From NCBI GenBank assembly GCA_950097015.1, contig CATNEN010000002.1:7192001-7256000 (forward strand): a DNA stretch of 64,000 nt, read 5' to 3'. This document shows, piece after piece, positions 50,942 through 62,710 of this stretch. Numbering within the stretch: position 1 is the first letter of the stretch; each line of letters begins with the position of its first letter. A model generated the notes under the pieces. The model did not search any database. It was not told where the DNA came from and saw only the letters and a program-made list of their open reading frames with translations. The position numbers were made by a program, and so were the translations under genes. The DNA is from Macrostomum hystrix. Lineage: Eukaryota > Animalia > Platyhelminthes.

Positions 50942-51674
50942 TCGTATTTAGTAAGTTGGGGTTGGGGATTGGTGGCTGTTGTGGAGATGGGGCGGGCTTT
51001 GTATTGCACGCGCCAAATATCCCCAGCTCTTTCAGTTAAGAAGATAAGAGAAGTACTGCATTATTAATCCTGGAATGATCACGGAAGAAGGCAACGTCGA
51101 CTACGTTTTCTTACGGTAGGGTGGGCTTGAGAAATGAGAATCGGGAGTGGGCTTTTGACGGTTTAAGATGGGAGGAGGGTTTAGCCGACGTTGCGCACAC
51201 GTGGCGCTGACGTTGCACCAGCGTTGAGCTGACGGTGCACTATTGATTGCTTTTAGTATAATAGATCTGCTGCGCTCCACTCTTCTCTTCCTATTCGCTG
51301 GTGAACAGCCTGCTGGTGGCCACACGCGTGTTAAGAAATCGCTGAAATAAGTCTATATTACTACCTAGACATACCATCAAAGATATACGATCAAACCAAG
51401 CTCATACTGAGTTTCTGTATTTCTAATTCACTTTCAAACTAAGAGCCAACTTAAATTTTAGAAATGGAGCAAGTTTGGACGGTAATTTTACACGATGTAC
51501 AGTAGGCGTAACTCTTGAGTCTGCTCAATGTTGCAATCGAAGCTATCGAAAGTCCTGCGGAGAAAGAGCAGCAAATAACAAAATTTGCGGAATTCTTGAA
51601 CTTAGATCGGGAAGATTTTAAGCGCTGAAGTATTTAATTAATTGAGGGAGAAATTTAGCTCAAGAATCAGATGA

Positions 51675-53001
51675 CTACGAAAGGTAACTTTGAGGCTGGG
51701 AATAGTTTTGAGGTGTTGGTGGTGCCTGCGGCCTGTAATGCTGCGTCATCTGCCCGGGAGCAAACCTGGGTTGCTGCAGCCAGTAATCTAGCTGGGGCTG
51801 ATGAGGATAACAAGACCATACAGCAGCTCAGCTGGCTGCTGGCCCTGTCTCACAGTCGCTGCTGACTGCGGAAATGACTGCTCTTCTAATCTTATAGTTG
51901 GCCAGGCCGGCTTCGAATCTCTCTGATATCCTCTCTCTTGCTTGGGCCTCTAGTCCGGCCTTCCTGACTAGTTCAACTAAAGCGTCATAGAATTCTTCCA
52001 TAGACTCGCCTTCCTTCTGTTTTCTGTTCGTCAATTCTAACTTGGCCTCTTCTTTTTGGCAGATAGGTTTAAACTTTTAAACTTTTTATTCAGTTCTTTT
52101 ATAGTTTCTGCCAAGGACGCAGCACTAGGTAGACTCAAATTCATAAATACTTTGTAAGTGTCGTCTTCTAGTAACTGGAAAGTCTTAGTAGAATCGTCGA
52201 TGCAATTTCCTTGGCAATAATTTTTGAATTTCCTAAGGAATGGCTGTATTGTTCTAGACTGAAAGATTACTTTAGGCTCTGGGGCCTCAGTTACCATTCT
52301 TCTAATTCTTTCTTGCAGCTCAGTGATAACTGTCCCAAGATCATGGATGAATGAATAGAATGGATTGCTATTCTGGCTCTGGCTATTTTCGTTTTTGACT
52401 CTTTTGCATCCGGTTCCCCCTGTGCCTTTTCATTGGTTGATGATTGCCATAGACAATTTTCGGCCTTCGCCCCTTTCTTTCGATGCACAAGCGCAAAGAA
52501 CAGATTTTATTGTAGACGAATCGACTCTCGTAGTAAAATTCTACAACTCCAATAGTAAAATTCAGATAAAGCATCGCCAGTAATCCATTATTGTAGCATT
52601 GTCATCGCACCCTCATCATCACCCTCGAGATGAAAATCTGAAATCATTACTGTTGTAATTTGCAGGGGATTTGTTATCATTCCTCTGCTTCAATTAACAA
52701 CTTCAATTGACAAACAAGTAACCAGAGAATAACGAGCGCTCGATAATCTCTGCAAGTAACCGACATTCTCAGTTCTTTGCGCTTGTGCATTGAAAGAAAG
52801 GGGCGAAGGCCGAAAATTGTCTATGGCAATCATCAACCAATGAAAAGGCACGGGGGGAACCGGATGCAAAAGAGTCAAAAACGAATATAGCCAGAGCCAG
52901 AATAGCAATCCATTCTATTCATTCATCCATGCCTAAGATGCTCTTTCTCATCGTCTACAAGTGCGTGTCCAGCGGTGTCCAGCTCTTGGGTCTTGGGACA
53001 T
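51675..53001 (-). pseudogene. Ty3/gypsy-like gag pseudogene interrupted by a MITE
   Basis: RKQKEGESMEEFYDALVELVRKAG resembles the retrotransposon gag motif; frameshifts; removing MITE+TSD restores VDDEKEHLGTVITELQERIRRMVTEAPE; no pol downstream. Confidence 0.7.
52342..52931. mobile_element. 590-bp MITE/foldback element, P- or hAT-like
   Basis: 160-bp TIRs (52342-52501, 52772-52931; 3 mismatches seen) starting CATGGATGAATG; 8-bp TSD CCCAAGAT/CCTAAGAT. Confidence 0.9.
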
Positions 53002-53203
53002 ACTAAAGGTCAACAATAAATGTACACTAATATTAACAGCAGGCTCTCTAGCTATAAATAATTCAGGTTAGAAAGGCTAAATGAATGTGCACTCTCTCCC
53101 TAGCTGATTCCTATTTTATCCTTCTGCTCCTTCTGCCTGACGGTGGAATCTCCGAAGAGAGCAAGTACTGACTTCGACCACAAGCGTCTATCTAGACCAC
53201 CAT

Positions 53204-53558
53204 TGTCAGCGGCGCATTCTCAAGACGCGTAGCGCCGAAAGCTACCTAACTGAACAAGCGGAGTGTGGTCTGCAGAATGCAGAAACAGGCTTTCTTTTAT
53301 AGGGTTATTTTAACCCCAAACTAGATCGATCGGCGAGGTGGATGCACGGCTGTGGCTTAAGGCAAGGTGACAAATCATAATAGACTCGCGGCCGCCTGTC
53401 TGAGTCGCTCAGTCGGGTCGCTCACTGATTGGCCGAGACTATAGCCCAGGGGTAGAGCTCGTGGGGTGGTGGCGTCCGCTCCCCCGCCTGGTCCGGCCCG
53501 GCTCGGCGTGAGTGACTATTAGCAAAAAAATACGCGTCTAAAAATAATTTACGTGACA
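53204..53558 (-). mobile_element. Putative 5' LTR (355 bp) of the gag element
   Basis: TGT...ACA termini, CCAAT and TATAAAA motifs, TGG (PBS-like) 1 nt downstream, ~200 bp before the gag ATG; no matching second LTR in the window. Confidence 0.55.
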
Positions 53559-54208
53559 ACTGAGAAAAACAAGCTGACACTACACTTGAGTCAAATAAAG
53601 CGGGATGAGACTTTCGCCAAGCTGCTAGCCGATTCCAGTTTGAGTAATAGTGCTCTAATTCAACCGCCTAGAAGAAGAAGAAGGGGCGGGTACCATTGTT
53701 TCTCATCTAGTCCGAATGATGAGAATGCTGGTTTGCGGATTGAAAATAAAGAGTTGTAGAAGGGGCGGGTACCAAATTTTCTCATTTAGTATGGAATAAT
53801 AAGAATGCTGGTTTGCGGATTATGGAGACTGCGTAAAATGTTCCCTCATATCCATACTCGAGGGATGTCCAAAAAGTCGTGGGAATTTTCAACGTAGCTC
53901 ATAATCGGATTCAGACACATTAAATTACTATACGTTTTATGAAAGCGGATTTATGTATCTCTGTATTACTTTTTAAACTTTGCTTTTATCTTCAGGCATT
54001 CAAAAGTTATGAACAATTTAGTGCAGTTCCCCAGGGTACAACTTACAGAAACCTTAACAAGTAATAATTAAGAGGAAACATGACAACAAACCATCCTTTG
54101 ACTTAGCGGCAGGGAGCCTCCATGACGGACGCAGCGAGGAGGCGGCCGATGCTGCCCATATATCGCTAACCCCTGGCAGCCAGACGGCTTCCAGCGAGGC
54201 GGTGCCGC

Positions 54209-57130
54209 TCAGGGTGGTCCGTCGGTCGATTCCGCCGCGCGATCTTCCTCGCCATAGGCTGGGAACAAATCAGCTCGGCCGGTATCCCGGAGGAAGTGGG
54301 CGAGCTGTGGGATGTTCTCGGGCGAGCAGGCTTCGGCAAGAGTCGGTGCCGGCCCGAGATGTTTTAGCCTAGCCCGGGTGAAGGGCGGGCAGTGGCAGAT
54401 GAAATGCTCGGCGTTTTCACGTCCGGAGCAGCAGAAGGGACACGTTTCCTCAGGCACGTGGCCTTGGAGGTAGCGGTGTCTGGTGAAGCAGCCATGTCCC
54501 GAAAGGGCCATAGTGACTGCTCTCAGGTCTCTGCGGTTAAGCCTGAGTAAGGCCTTACGCAGGTTACTAGAGGGGGTTGGCACCGCAGCCCTGGACTGGC
54601 GACAGTTCCGGGTGCTGGACCACCTCCTCCGGTGCTGTGTCTCCATCCAGCGGTTGATGCTGGAGTTGACAACAGAGGCGGGGATCGGGGACTCCGGGCC
54701 CGGGCCCATCAGGGAGCTGGCTGCTCCAGCCTTAGCAAGCTGGTCCGCCATCTCATTCCCTGTGAACCCGGCATGCCCAGGGATCCACAACAGCTCCACC
54801 CTGTTAGACTGTGCCAACCCGTTTAACTGGGTGTTGCAGTCCAAGGTGGTTCTGGAGCGAGAGGTGCAGCGACTGAGGGCCTTGAGGGCTGCTTGACTGT
54901 CGGAGTGAAAAAAGATCCTCCGACCAGCCAGCTGCCTCTGGCGCAGCTCAGCCGCACAGAAACTGATGGCGAGCACTTCGTTTTGGAAAACGCTAGAGCT
55001 CTTGCCACAGTATTGGGAGTGTGTCCAGAGGACCTCACCACCCGAGGCGACGCACACTCCGAATCCTGATTTACCGTTCATCAGAGAGCCGTCAGTGTAA
55101 CAGTGGACTGCCGGGTCATCCCAGCAGTCCTTTACCTCTTTACGAGGGAAGATGCTGACTTTGTACCTGTGGCTCCGGAGTAAAGTGGCCGGGGCCCCGT
55201 CCGAAAGGATGGTGAGCCCTCCGCACTCGCCCAGAGTTTTCAGGCAGAGGTCAGAGTGAGGCAGAAGGGAGCGCTTCGAGAAGGCTCGCGAATTCTGGAA
55301 GGAGACACCCGCATCAAGGAGACGACGGGTGGACTTTGCTGCTTCCCCCTTGACGAAAATGTCAATGGGTGTAGCGTTGAGGAAAGCATTCATGCCTTCG
55401 AAGGGAGTGGAGGGTGGGGCGCCCAGCGTCATACGACAGGCTCTGCCCTGCACCCTATATGGCGCCTCCAGGTTTTTCTGGATGCCCATGGCACTGGCCT
55501 AGATGAGGCCAGCGTATGCGACGGACGGTCTAATGATCGCCGTGTAAATCCACCAAAGGTTCTTGGGGGTTAGCCCCCAAGTGGTGCCCACGGCACGCCT
55601 GACTTGCTCCAGTATGGCCAGGGCCCTCTTGGCCTTTGTGGTGATGTGCGGGGTCCAGTTAAGCCTATGGTCTAGCACGAGACCAAGGCACCGGACCTGC
55701 TTTTCCATGGCAATATTCTTGCCATAGAGAGTCAGAGGCTTAATGGTCCAGAGCAGTTTGCTGGTAAACATAACCGCAACAGTCTTGGACTCAGAGAGTC
55801 GGAGCCCGCATTGGTCCGTCCAGCGCACCGCCCTGTTGATAAAGCCCTGGATGAGGTCTCTGGTGGTTTCCGCCGAGGGGCCCGCGCAGATGGCGGTCAC
55901 ATCGTCGGCATATCCCACCTTCAGGACTGGGTCAGGACGAGTGCTTTTCAGCAGCTCATCCATGACGAGATTCCACAGCAGTGGGGTGAGGACGCCGCCT
56001 TGGGGCCCTCCTTTTAGAACAGGTGCCGAGAGCAGCCTGCCTTCGAGGTGGGCCACCACGTGGCGATGCCGGATCATGTACATGACCCAGCGAACGAGGT
56101 GGGGGTGAGTGGCCCTGGAAACCAGGGCCTCCTCAAAAGCTTCGAAAACAACGTTATCGAAGGCCCCCTCAATGTCTAGGAAGACAGCCAGGGCAAAACC
56201 GCTGCCCAGCACTGCCTTCTCGAGAGTCTCCACGATGCAGTGGAGGGCGCTCTCCGTGGACCGGCCCGCCCGAAAGGCGTGCTGGTTTGGGGAGAGCGGG
56301 GCCCGCCCTAGCTCTACAGTAAGAAGGCGCCAGAGCACCAGTCTTTCCATGAGCTTGAGGCAGGTGGAAGTCAAGCTTATCGGGCGATAGGACTTGACCG
56401 AGCGATAGTCGCCTTTGGAGGGCTTCGGGATGAAGACGACCCGGGCTTCGTGCCACAGCGCTGGTACATAGCCCAGCACGATGCAGGCCCGTAGAAGTCT
56501 GCAGAGGAGATGGAGGAAGCGGCCATTTTTGACCGCTTCATGCAAAAAGGCCGGATAAATACCATCTGGCCCAGGTGCTTTGAAAGGGTTGAATGACTTT
56601 GCCGCGCGAACGATGCGGTCATTCGTGACGAGTGACTGAGCCAGGCCCTGACCTCCACGTGAGTGGTCGTCTGGGCCAAAGTGCGCCGGTACACTCGGGA
56701 AGAAATGCCCTAGCATAAGCTCGAGCGTTTCCTCCGGGCGCTCCGTGATCGAGCCGTCTGGCTTTTTGATCGATGAGAGCTTGGAGAAGCGGTCGTTGGT
56801 GAGCGCCTTTACCACGCGGGCCGTGGGCCGCGAGCCCTCAAGCCCTTCGCAGTATTGTTGCCACTTGTCCGCTTCTGCCCTTCTGACCCGGCCCTTAAAC
56901 TCATGGATGGCGCGAGTATAGGCCTCTTTGTCATCAGGGTCGTGCGAGGTTTTCAGCTTCCTCTGGAGAGCCTTAGCTCGGCGTCTCAGGACTCCTAGCT
57001 CGGGGTTCCACCAGGGGGCCGATTTTTTGCCTTTGTAGGCTTTGAGCGGGCAAGCCATTTCGTAGGCCTCTGTGATGGCGCCGCCCAGCAGGGCAGCCAC
57101 TCCATCTAGGTCCTGCGTGGTTGCCATGGC
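54209..57130 (-). pseudogene. LINE ORF2 distal part: RT, RNase H and C-terminal Cys/His motif; one in-frame TAG at 55499-55501
   Basis: KAPGPDGI, YRPISLTS, FLDIEGAFD, GPQGGVLTPLLWN, YADD; [33 protein letters not shown]; CPFC...EHFICHC; the two track ORFs are in the same frame. Confidence 0.92.
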
Positions 57131-59170
57131 CATGGAGGGGTTGAAATGGTTGGGTCTTTTGCAAGCCAATGACCTGCCCTCGTGAAGGATAGGAGTGTGG
57201 GGAACGGCGATAGAGTCGAAGGTCGATCGCATAGCTGCTCGCGAGTTGTCGCGGAAAGAGGGATGCGATGAAGGGAGGGATGAAGGGAGGGATAAGGAGG
57301 TACAGTGGATGCAGGGAGTGGTCCTATTGGCCTCAGGCTGGCCAGTCTCACTCGTCCCATAGGCTACAGGCATGACTGCCGTGCCTACCCCAAGCAATGC
57401 TCGAAACCGGCGAAGGGTCTAAAAGGGATTTGGATTATCCGGAATCGGACAAGACAGGGCTTGACAGCCTACTGTCGTCAGTAGTGCGATACGCGACTGA
57501 CTCCTAGCTTTGGTAGCGGTGGTCGATTCGGTCTAGGCTCTTGCCACAGAACTGCGGAAAGGCTATCGGCAAAGCGGAAAGATGATCTAGGGTAGCGCCA
57601 CCACCCAATGCGCCTACGTTGCTACCGCAGACATTTGGGAACTTGGGTCCCCGGAGCTCGCAGCTCCTAGTTTGTCACACAGATCTAGGCAAGCCGAAAA
57701 ATGGGCAAACTGCAACTTCCGTTTTAGACTGGGTTGGGAGCCCCAGAATGGATCGAGTCACGCCTCAAAAGGGGATTCCTGAATTCGCGCTACAGGGGTC
57801 TAGAAAGGTGGTACTAAGAACTTGAATGAGAATCCATAGCCAGAATCCTACTCATGAGACATCAGACACATTCTTTACATTAGACTGCAGCCTACACATT
57901 AAGTAACTAACAAATCCGAATCAAGTTGAGGAAATCAGAGGCTGGAGAGATTAAGCAGAACACTGGCTGAGTGATTACGCAAGCGAAAGATTATTAGATC
58001 ATCACACCCGCTCCCGTGGCCGCAGTTGCGAAAGGGGGATAGGGGAAACTCCATTAGAAAGGGAGTTCGACACGTACACTTTGAGCCCGCCCAAGAGGGA
58101 GAAGGAAAGCCGGCCAAGGATTCCCCCAACCCCCTAGAACGAAATGCACATGCTACCTCCGCGTTTTACTCGCAAATCCCTAGCTCCTTATTACTCTCGT
58201 GCGCGCTTACAGTTGCCTTCCTGCCGCAGCCTTCAGCTCGGCCTCACCAGAGCCCACCCCCTAGTAAGTTAGCCACTCATAGCTGAGGGCTGTCTACTGA
58301 GAAAATAATAATGGGAAAGCGAAATAGAGGAAAGATTTAAGTTGTTAAGTAAATTACGCCCAATAGTTTAATAACGGCTGTAGACAGATGATTTATTAGG
58401 CTTGAACAAATCACCAACCCGTGCCCGTTAATTCCCGCCTACTTACTTACTTACTTTGCAGGGGGGCCTGGGGCACTTGACGCACAAACACAGGAACGGC
58501 ATGCCCCCAGGCCGGCGAACTAGGCGAGAGCCGCCCATCGCGCCGCGTCCCCTGAGCAGGCACCTCACACACACACAGCAGCAAGCCAAGCGGGGAAGGG
58601 GGCGGCAGCCGGAGTGCCTCTCACCCCAGGCCCGCACACGCACAGAGCAGACCAAGCCGGGGCGGAAGGCTGATAGAAATCAGTCCTCAGGGGGGGCCGG
58701 GTGACGAGTGTACACTTTATCCAATCGCGCTGACGGAAATCCAGATGAGCGCGCGGCGGTGTACACCCGCCCCCCAGCCACCCCCCGCAAGGTCTAACGC
58801 CCCAGCGCCAACGCACACAACTCACACAACGCAGAACAGGCACACAGAAAGGTAGGAGCGAAGCTATTTTTCAAGCTTTGATTGCACGAAATATGGTGCA
58901 CCTCCGCCGGTCGCTACTGTCCAAACCCCCCCAACAAGTACCGAAATTAATCGTGACCTGAAGGGTGAATCGAACTAGCGTCCTTTGGAGTGCGAGGCAG
59001 CGACGTTAGCCGCTGACCCCCCTCGCCCCTAATTCCCGCCTAACTAATAGACAAATCCCTTAAGGATAGCAATTAAACGACCGCTGCGCGGGTTACTTAT
59101 CTGAATGCTAAGTGAACCGGCTGCAGGCTGTTGCTCTCGCGGGGAGGGGAAAATCAATGAAAGACCGAGC
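57130..59170. other. Unclassified non-coding insert in LINE ORF2 (contains the SINE); boundaries approximate
   Basis: LINE homology stops after WEVWETES and resumes at ATTQDLD; the expected SDH motif is absent on both sides. Confidence 0.6.
58441..59029 (-). mobile_element. tRNA-derived SINE, 589 bp
   Basis: Head with A-box GGTCAGCGGCTAA and B-box GTTCGATTC, (AAGT)4 tail, perfect 12-bp TSD TAATTCCCGCCT (58429-58440, 59030-59041). Confidence 0.88.
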
Positions 59171-59801
59171 TTTCGGTCTCCCACACCTCCCACCCCAGCA
59201 CCCTTGGGAGCATGCCGGGTGAGGCCAGGGTGACGTCAAGCACCTCAGCCCACCGCCCATTGTCGAAAGTAGGCGTGTTGCCCACATTGCAGAAGTTAAG
59301 AGGCGTGCCGCTAACGAAGGCCAGGAGCTCTTCGCCGCGGTCATTGATTTTTGAGCTACCCCAGTGGGTGTGATGCGAGTTTGCATCTCCCGCGAGGAGC
59401 AGCTCAAAGTTTCGTGCCCTGGCGAAATCACAGAGGGCGACGATGGTATCGCTGACCACGGGGGCGTCGCCTGCCAGGTAGGCGGATGCCACGAGGGTCA
59501 ACTTGTTGGGCACAATGTGTGCAGATTGGATGACCCAGATGTCCCCGCTAGAGAGATCGGGTCTCATCCACGCATTTAAGGCTTTTGCAGCATAGATCAG
59601 TGATCCAGGGCGGACAGAGTCTGCCATGCAGAAGCAGTCATAGCCAGCAGGAATGTTGCTTGGCTTGTTTTTTGATAACCAGGGCTCCTGCACAAGTACA
59701 AGGCCCGGCATCATGCGCTCTGTCGTGCGCATCAGATTGACTGATGCTGCCACGCAGTGCTGGGTGTTAAATTGCAGACATGATATCCCGGGGATCATCA
59801 T
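59170..59801 (-). pseudogene. LINE ORF2 N-terminal apurinic-type endonuclease domain
   Basis: LQFNTQH, LVQEPW, VASAY, GDANSHH..WGS, NDRGE, TPTF, LDVTL; cut before the SDH motif. Confidence 0.92.
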
Positions 59802-59813
59802 GCAGGCAGAGGT

Positions 59814-60483
59814 CTACTTGGAGGGGGACTCAGCCAGAAGGCGGTCCTCCTCCTCCGGGTCGATGTCGGTAGCCATGGGCTCCTCCGTGCCCCGGCCCCG
59901 AGCCAGAGGCGGGAACTCGACGGGGTCAGCCGCCCAGTCCCCACCCCCGGCCCTGAGCCCGGGCCCAGAGTCGCCCTCAACCGGTGCCGACACCGCACCC
60001 TGGGCCGTGGGAGGGGCGCTCGAAGGGCCCTGCTCGATGGAGCTGGGCACCTTAGAGGCCTCCCCCGTAGCCCTTGGTTGCGGCGCCTGCCCCGGTGGGC
60101 CACCGCGCATCTCAGCGCGCAGCTGGGCCATCCTGGCGGTTCGCACCACCTCGGAGGCCCGCTGGCGAAGGCCCCGGCGCTTTGTGATGCGCGCGGGGCG
60201 ACGCTCAGAGCTGCCAGCGATGGCACGCTCTGGCCTTTTTTGGCGAGACGACTGGGCCCTGCCCCCAGTCCCAGCCTCGGGGTCCGAGGACCCTTCAGTG
60301 GCCGGTACGGTGGTGGGCCCGGTCTGACCTCGAGTTTTATCTGCCTCGAAGGCGAAGATTTTGGTCTTCCACAGACCAATGCAGATGTTGGCGCCATCTG
60401 GGTAGCGGCGTGTCCATTGCTCGGACAGGCCCAGAATGGCGGTGAAGCCGGTGCCGTCGTGGCGCAGGATCGTGCGGTGCACG
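59814..60483 (-). pseudogene. C-terminal part of LINE ORF1 (5'-truncated)
   Basis: GC-rich open frame ending 12 bp before the ORF2 ATG; the first ~40 residues of the track ORF derive from AT-rich flank. Confidence 0.7.
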
Positions 60484-61276
60484 GACAACAAAGGACAACA
60501 AACTATCAGTCGTAATCCGATTAAGATTACTTCAGAGACGAGACGTAGCGCTCCGCATTGACAGTTGTGTTTGTCTCTAGGAAATCGATTGTCAAGGGGC
60601 CGTGACAATCGAAAAAGGCAGCAACATCAGCTTCTGGCAATGAGCCCTTCGGCGAGCCTTGATTGGAGGATCAGAGCCCTTTATCGCCCAGACTTATAAC
60701 TCTTCTTTTGTTGGGGGTCGAAGTGAGGCTGCCACCTGTGACAATGAGCTGTCAAAAGGCCTCCCATCCACCTCGATCTTCAACAAGCCTGAAGCTGCTC
60801 TTACTTTGCTCTGCAAAAGCCTCGTTGGCGAACCCATATTGGATTCAATGATTATCAATTTAAAATAGACAGCAATCATAGCCGACATGGTTGCATCATG
60901 ACATTTTGCGAGCAGAAAACTTTTGCGTAAATTTGTTATTTTTGCCACCAAACATCCCGACGAGAATCGTTGAATATGTCGACAATGCCTATTTTGTGAT
61001 TTTGGAAGTTGTGGCATCGGATTGAGCGGAAAACTTTAGTTGATGTTCTGGATTATCATGGCGATTGGTTGAATATTTTAGGAGATACAGAAATAAGAAA
61101 AATGTGCTGCTTGTATTTGAAATACCCTACCGTATTTTTGCTGTTAATATGGGAGGAACTTGAAAATCATTTATCTAACAATGATAAAACTTAACTTATT
61201 TGTAACTTAGTAACTCATTATGTTAAAAACAAAAAATTATAATAATATTTCTTAGTTCATATTAATGCGTTAATGC

Positions 61277-62710
61277 GTCTGAGGGGAAGAAGTGTCTGAG
61301 GGGTAGAAGTGTCTATGGGGTAGAAGTGTCTGAGGGGTAGAAGTGTCTGAGGGTTAAAAGTGTCTGAGGGGTAGAAGTGTCTGAGGGGTAGAAGTGTCTG
61401 AGGGGTAGAAGTGTCTGAGGGGCAGAAGTGTCTGAGGGGTAGAAGTGTCTGAGGGGTAAAAGTGTCTGAGGGGTAGAAGTGTCTGGATGGTAGAAGTGTC
61501 TGAGGGGTAGAAGTGTCTGAAGGGTAGAAGTTCTAAGGGGTAGAAGTGTCTGGGGGGTAGAAGTTTCTGAGGGGTAGAAGTGTCTGAGGGGTAGAAGTGT
61601 CTGGGGGGTAGAAGTGTCTGAGGGGTAGAAGTGTCTGAAGGGTAGAAGTTCTAAGGGGTAGAAGTGTCTGGGGGGTAGAAGTTTCTGAGGGGTAGAAGTG
61701 TCTGAGGGGTAGAAGTGTCTGAGGGGTAAAAGTGTCTGAGGGGTAGAAGTGTCTGGATGGTAGAAGTGTCTGAGGGGTAGAAGTGTCTGAAGGGTAGAAG
61801 TTCTAAGGGGTAGAAGTGTCTGGGGGGTAGAAGTTTCTGAGGGGTAGAAGTGTCTGAGGGGTAGAAGTGTCTGGGGGGTAGAAGTGTCTGAGGGGTAGAA
61901 GTGTCTGAAGGGTAGAAGTTCTAAGGGGTAGAAGTGTCTGGGGGGTAGAAGTTTCTGAGGGGTAGAAGTGTCTGAGGGGTAGAAGTGTCTGAGGGGCAGA
62001 AGTGTCTGAGGGGTAGAAGTGTCTGGATGGTAGAAGTGTCTGAGGGGTAGAAGTGCCTGAGGGGCAGAAGTGTCTGAGGGGTAGAAGTGTCTGAGGGGTA
62101 GAAGTGTCTGAGTGGCAGAAGTGTCTGAGTGGTAGAAGTGTCTGGGGGGGTAGAAGTGTCTGGGGGGTAGAAGTGTCTGGGGGGTAGAAGTGTCTGAGGG
62201 TAGAAGTTTCTGAGGGGTAGAAGTGTCTGAGGGGTAGAAGTGTCTGAGGGGCAGAAGTGTCTGAGGGGTAGAAGTGTCTGGGGGGTAGAAGTGTCTGGGG
62301 GGTAGAAGTGTCTGGGGGGCAGAAGTGTCTGGGGGGTAGAAGTGTCTGGGGGGTAGAAGTGTCTGGGGGGCAGAAGTGTCTGAGGGGTAGAAGTGTCTGA
62401 GGGGTAGAAGTGTCTGAGGGGCAGAAGTGTCTGAGGGGCAGAAGTGTCTGAGGGGTAGAAGTGTCTGGGGGGTAGAAGTGTCTGGGGGGCAGAAGTGTCT
62501 GAGGGGCAGAAGTGTCTGAGGGGCAGAAGTGTCTGAGGGGCAGAAGTGTCTGAGGGGTAGAAGTGTCTGAGGGGTAGAAGTGTCTGAGGGGTAGAAGTGT
62601 CTGGGGGGCAGAAGTGTCTGAGGGGCAGAAGTGTCTGAGGGGTAGAAGTGTCTGGGGGGCAGAAGTGTCTGAGGGGCAGAAGTGTCTGAGGGGTAGAAGT
62701 GTCTGGGGGG
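61277..62710. repeat. 17-bp G-rich minisatellite (GTCTGAGGGGTAGAAGT)n
   Basis: Directly visible; G4-G7 runs on the plus strand. Confidence 0.96.

Larger units (their letters stand above)
54092..60493 (-). mobile_element. 5'-truncated LOA/R1-like LINE with RNase H, interrupted at about 57130-59170
   Basis: ORF1 tail, APE, RT and RNase H domains collinear; candidate 10-bp TSD GACAACAAAC (54082-54091, 60494-60503). Confidence 0.85.

Noticed and set aside
51000-51279. 3' LTR candidate (TG...CA after a purine tract)
   Set aside because: No similarity to the 53204-53558 LTR candidate and no shared TSD; it overlaps a better Helitron 5'-end signal
53680-53822. Two diverged ~79-bp tandem copies (AAGGGGCGGGTACCA...GCTGGTTTGCGGATT)
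   Set aside because: Only two copies and no identifiable function
53859-53877. Mariner-like terminal motif CGAGGGATGTCCAAAAAGT
   Set aside because: No partner inverted repeat or transposase found in the window
57140-57260. HDV-like ribozyme around CCCTCGTG
   Set aside because: P1 and P3 pairings could not be completed by hand
54483-60515. Plus-strand and alternative-frame ORFs over the LOA-like LINE, and similar ORFs over the CACTA accessory gene
   Set aside because: Expected shadow frames of GC-rich coding DNA, with no independent motifs
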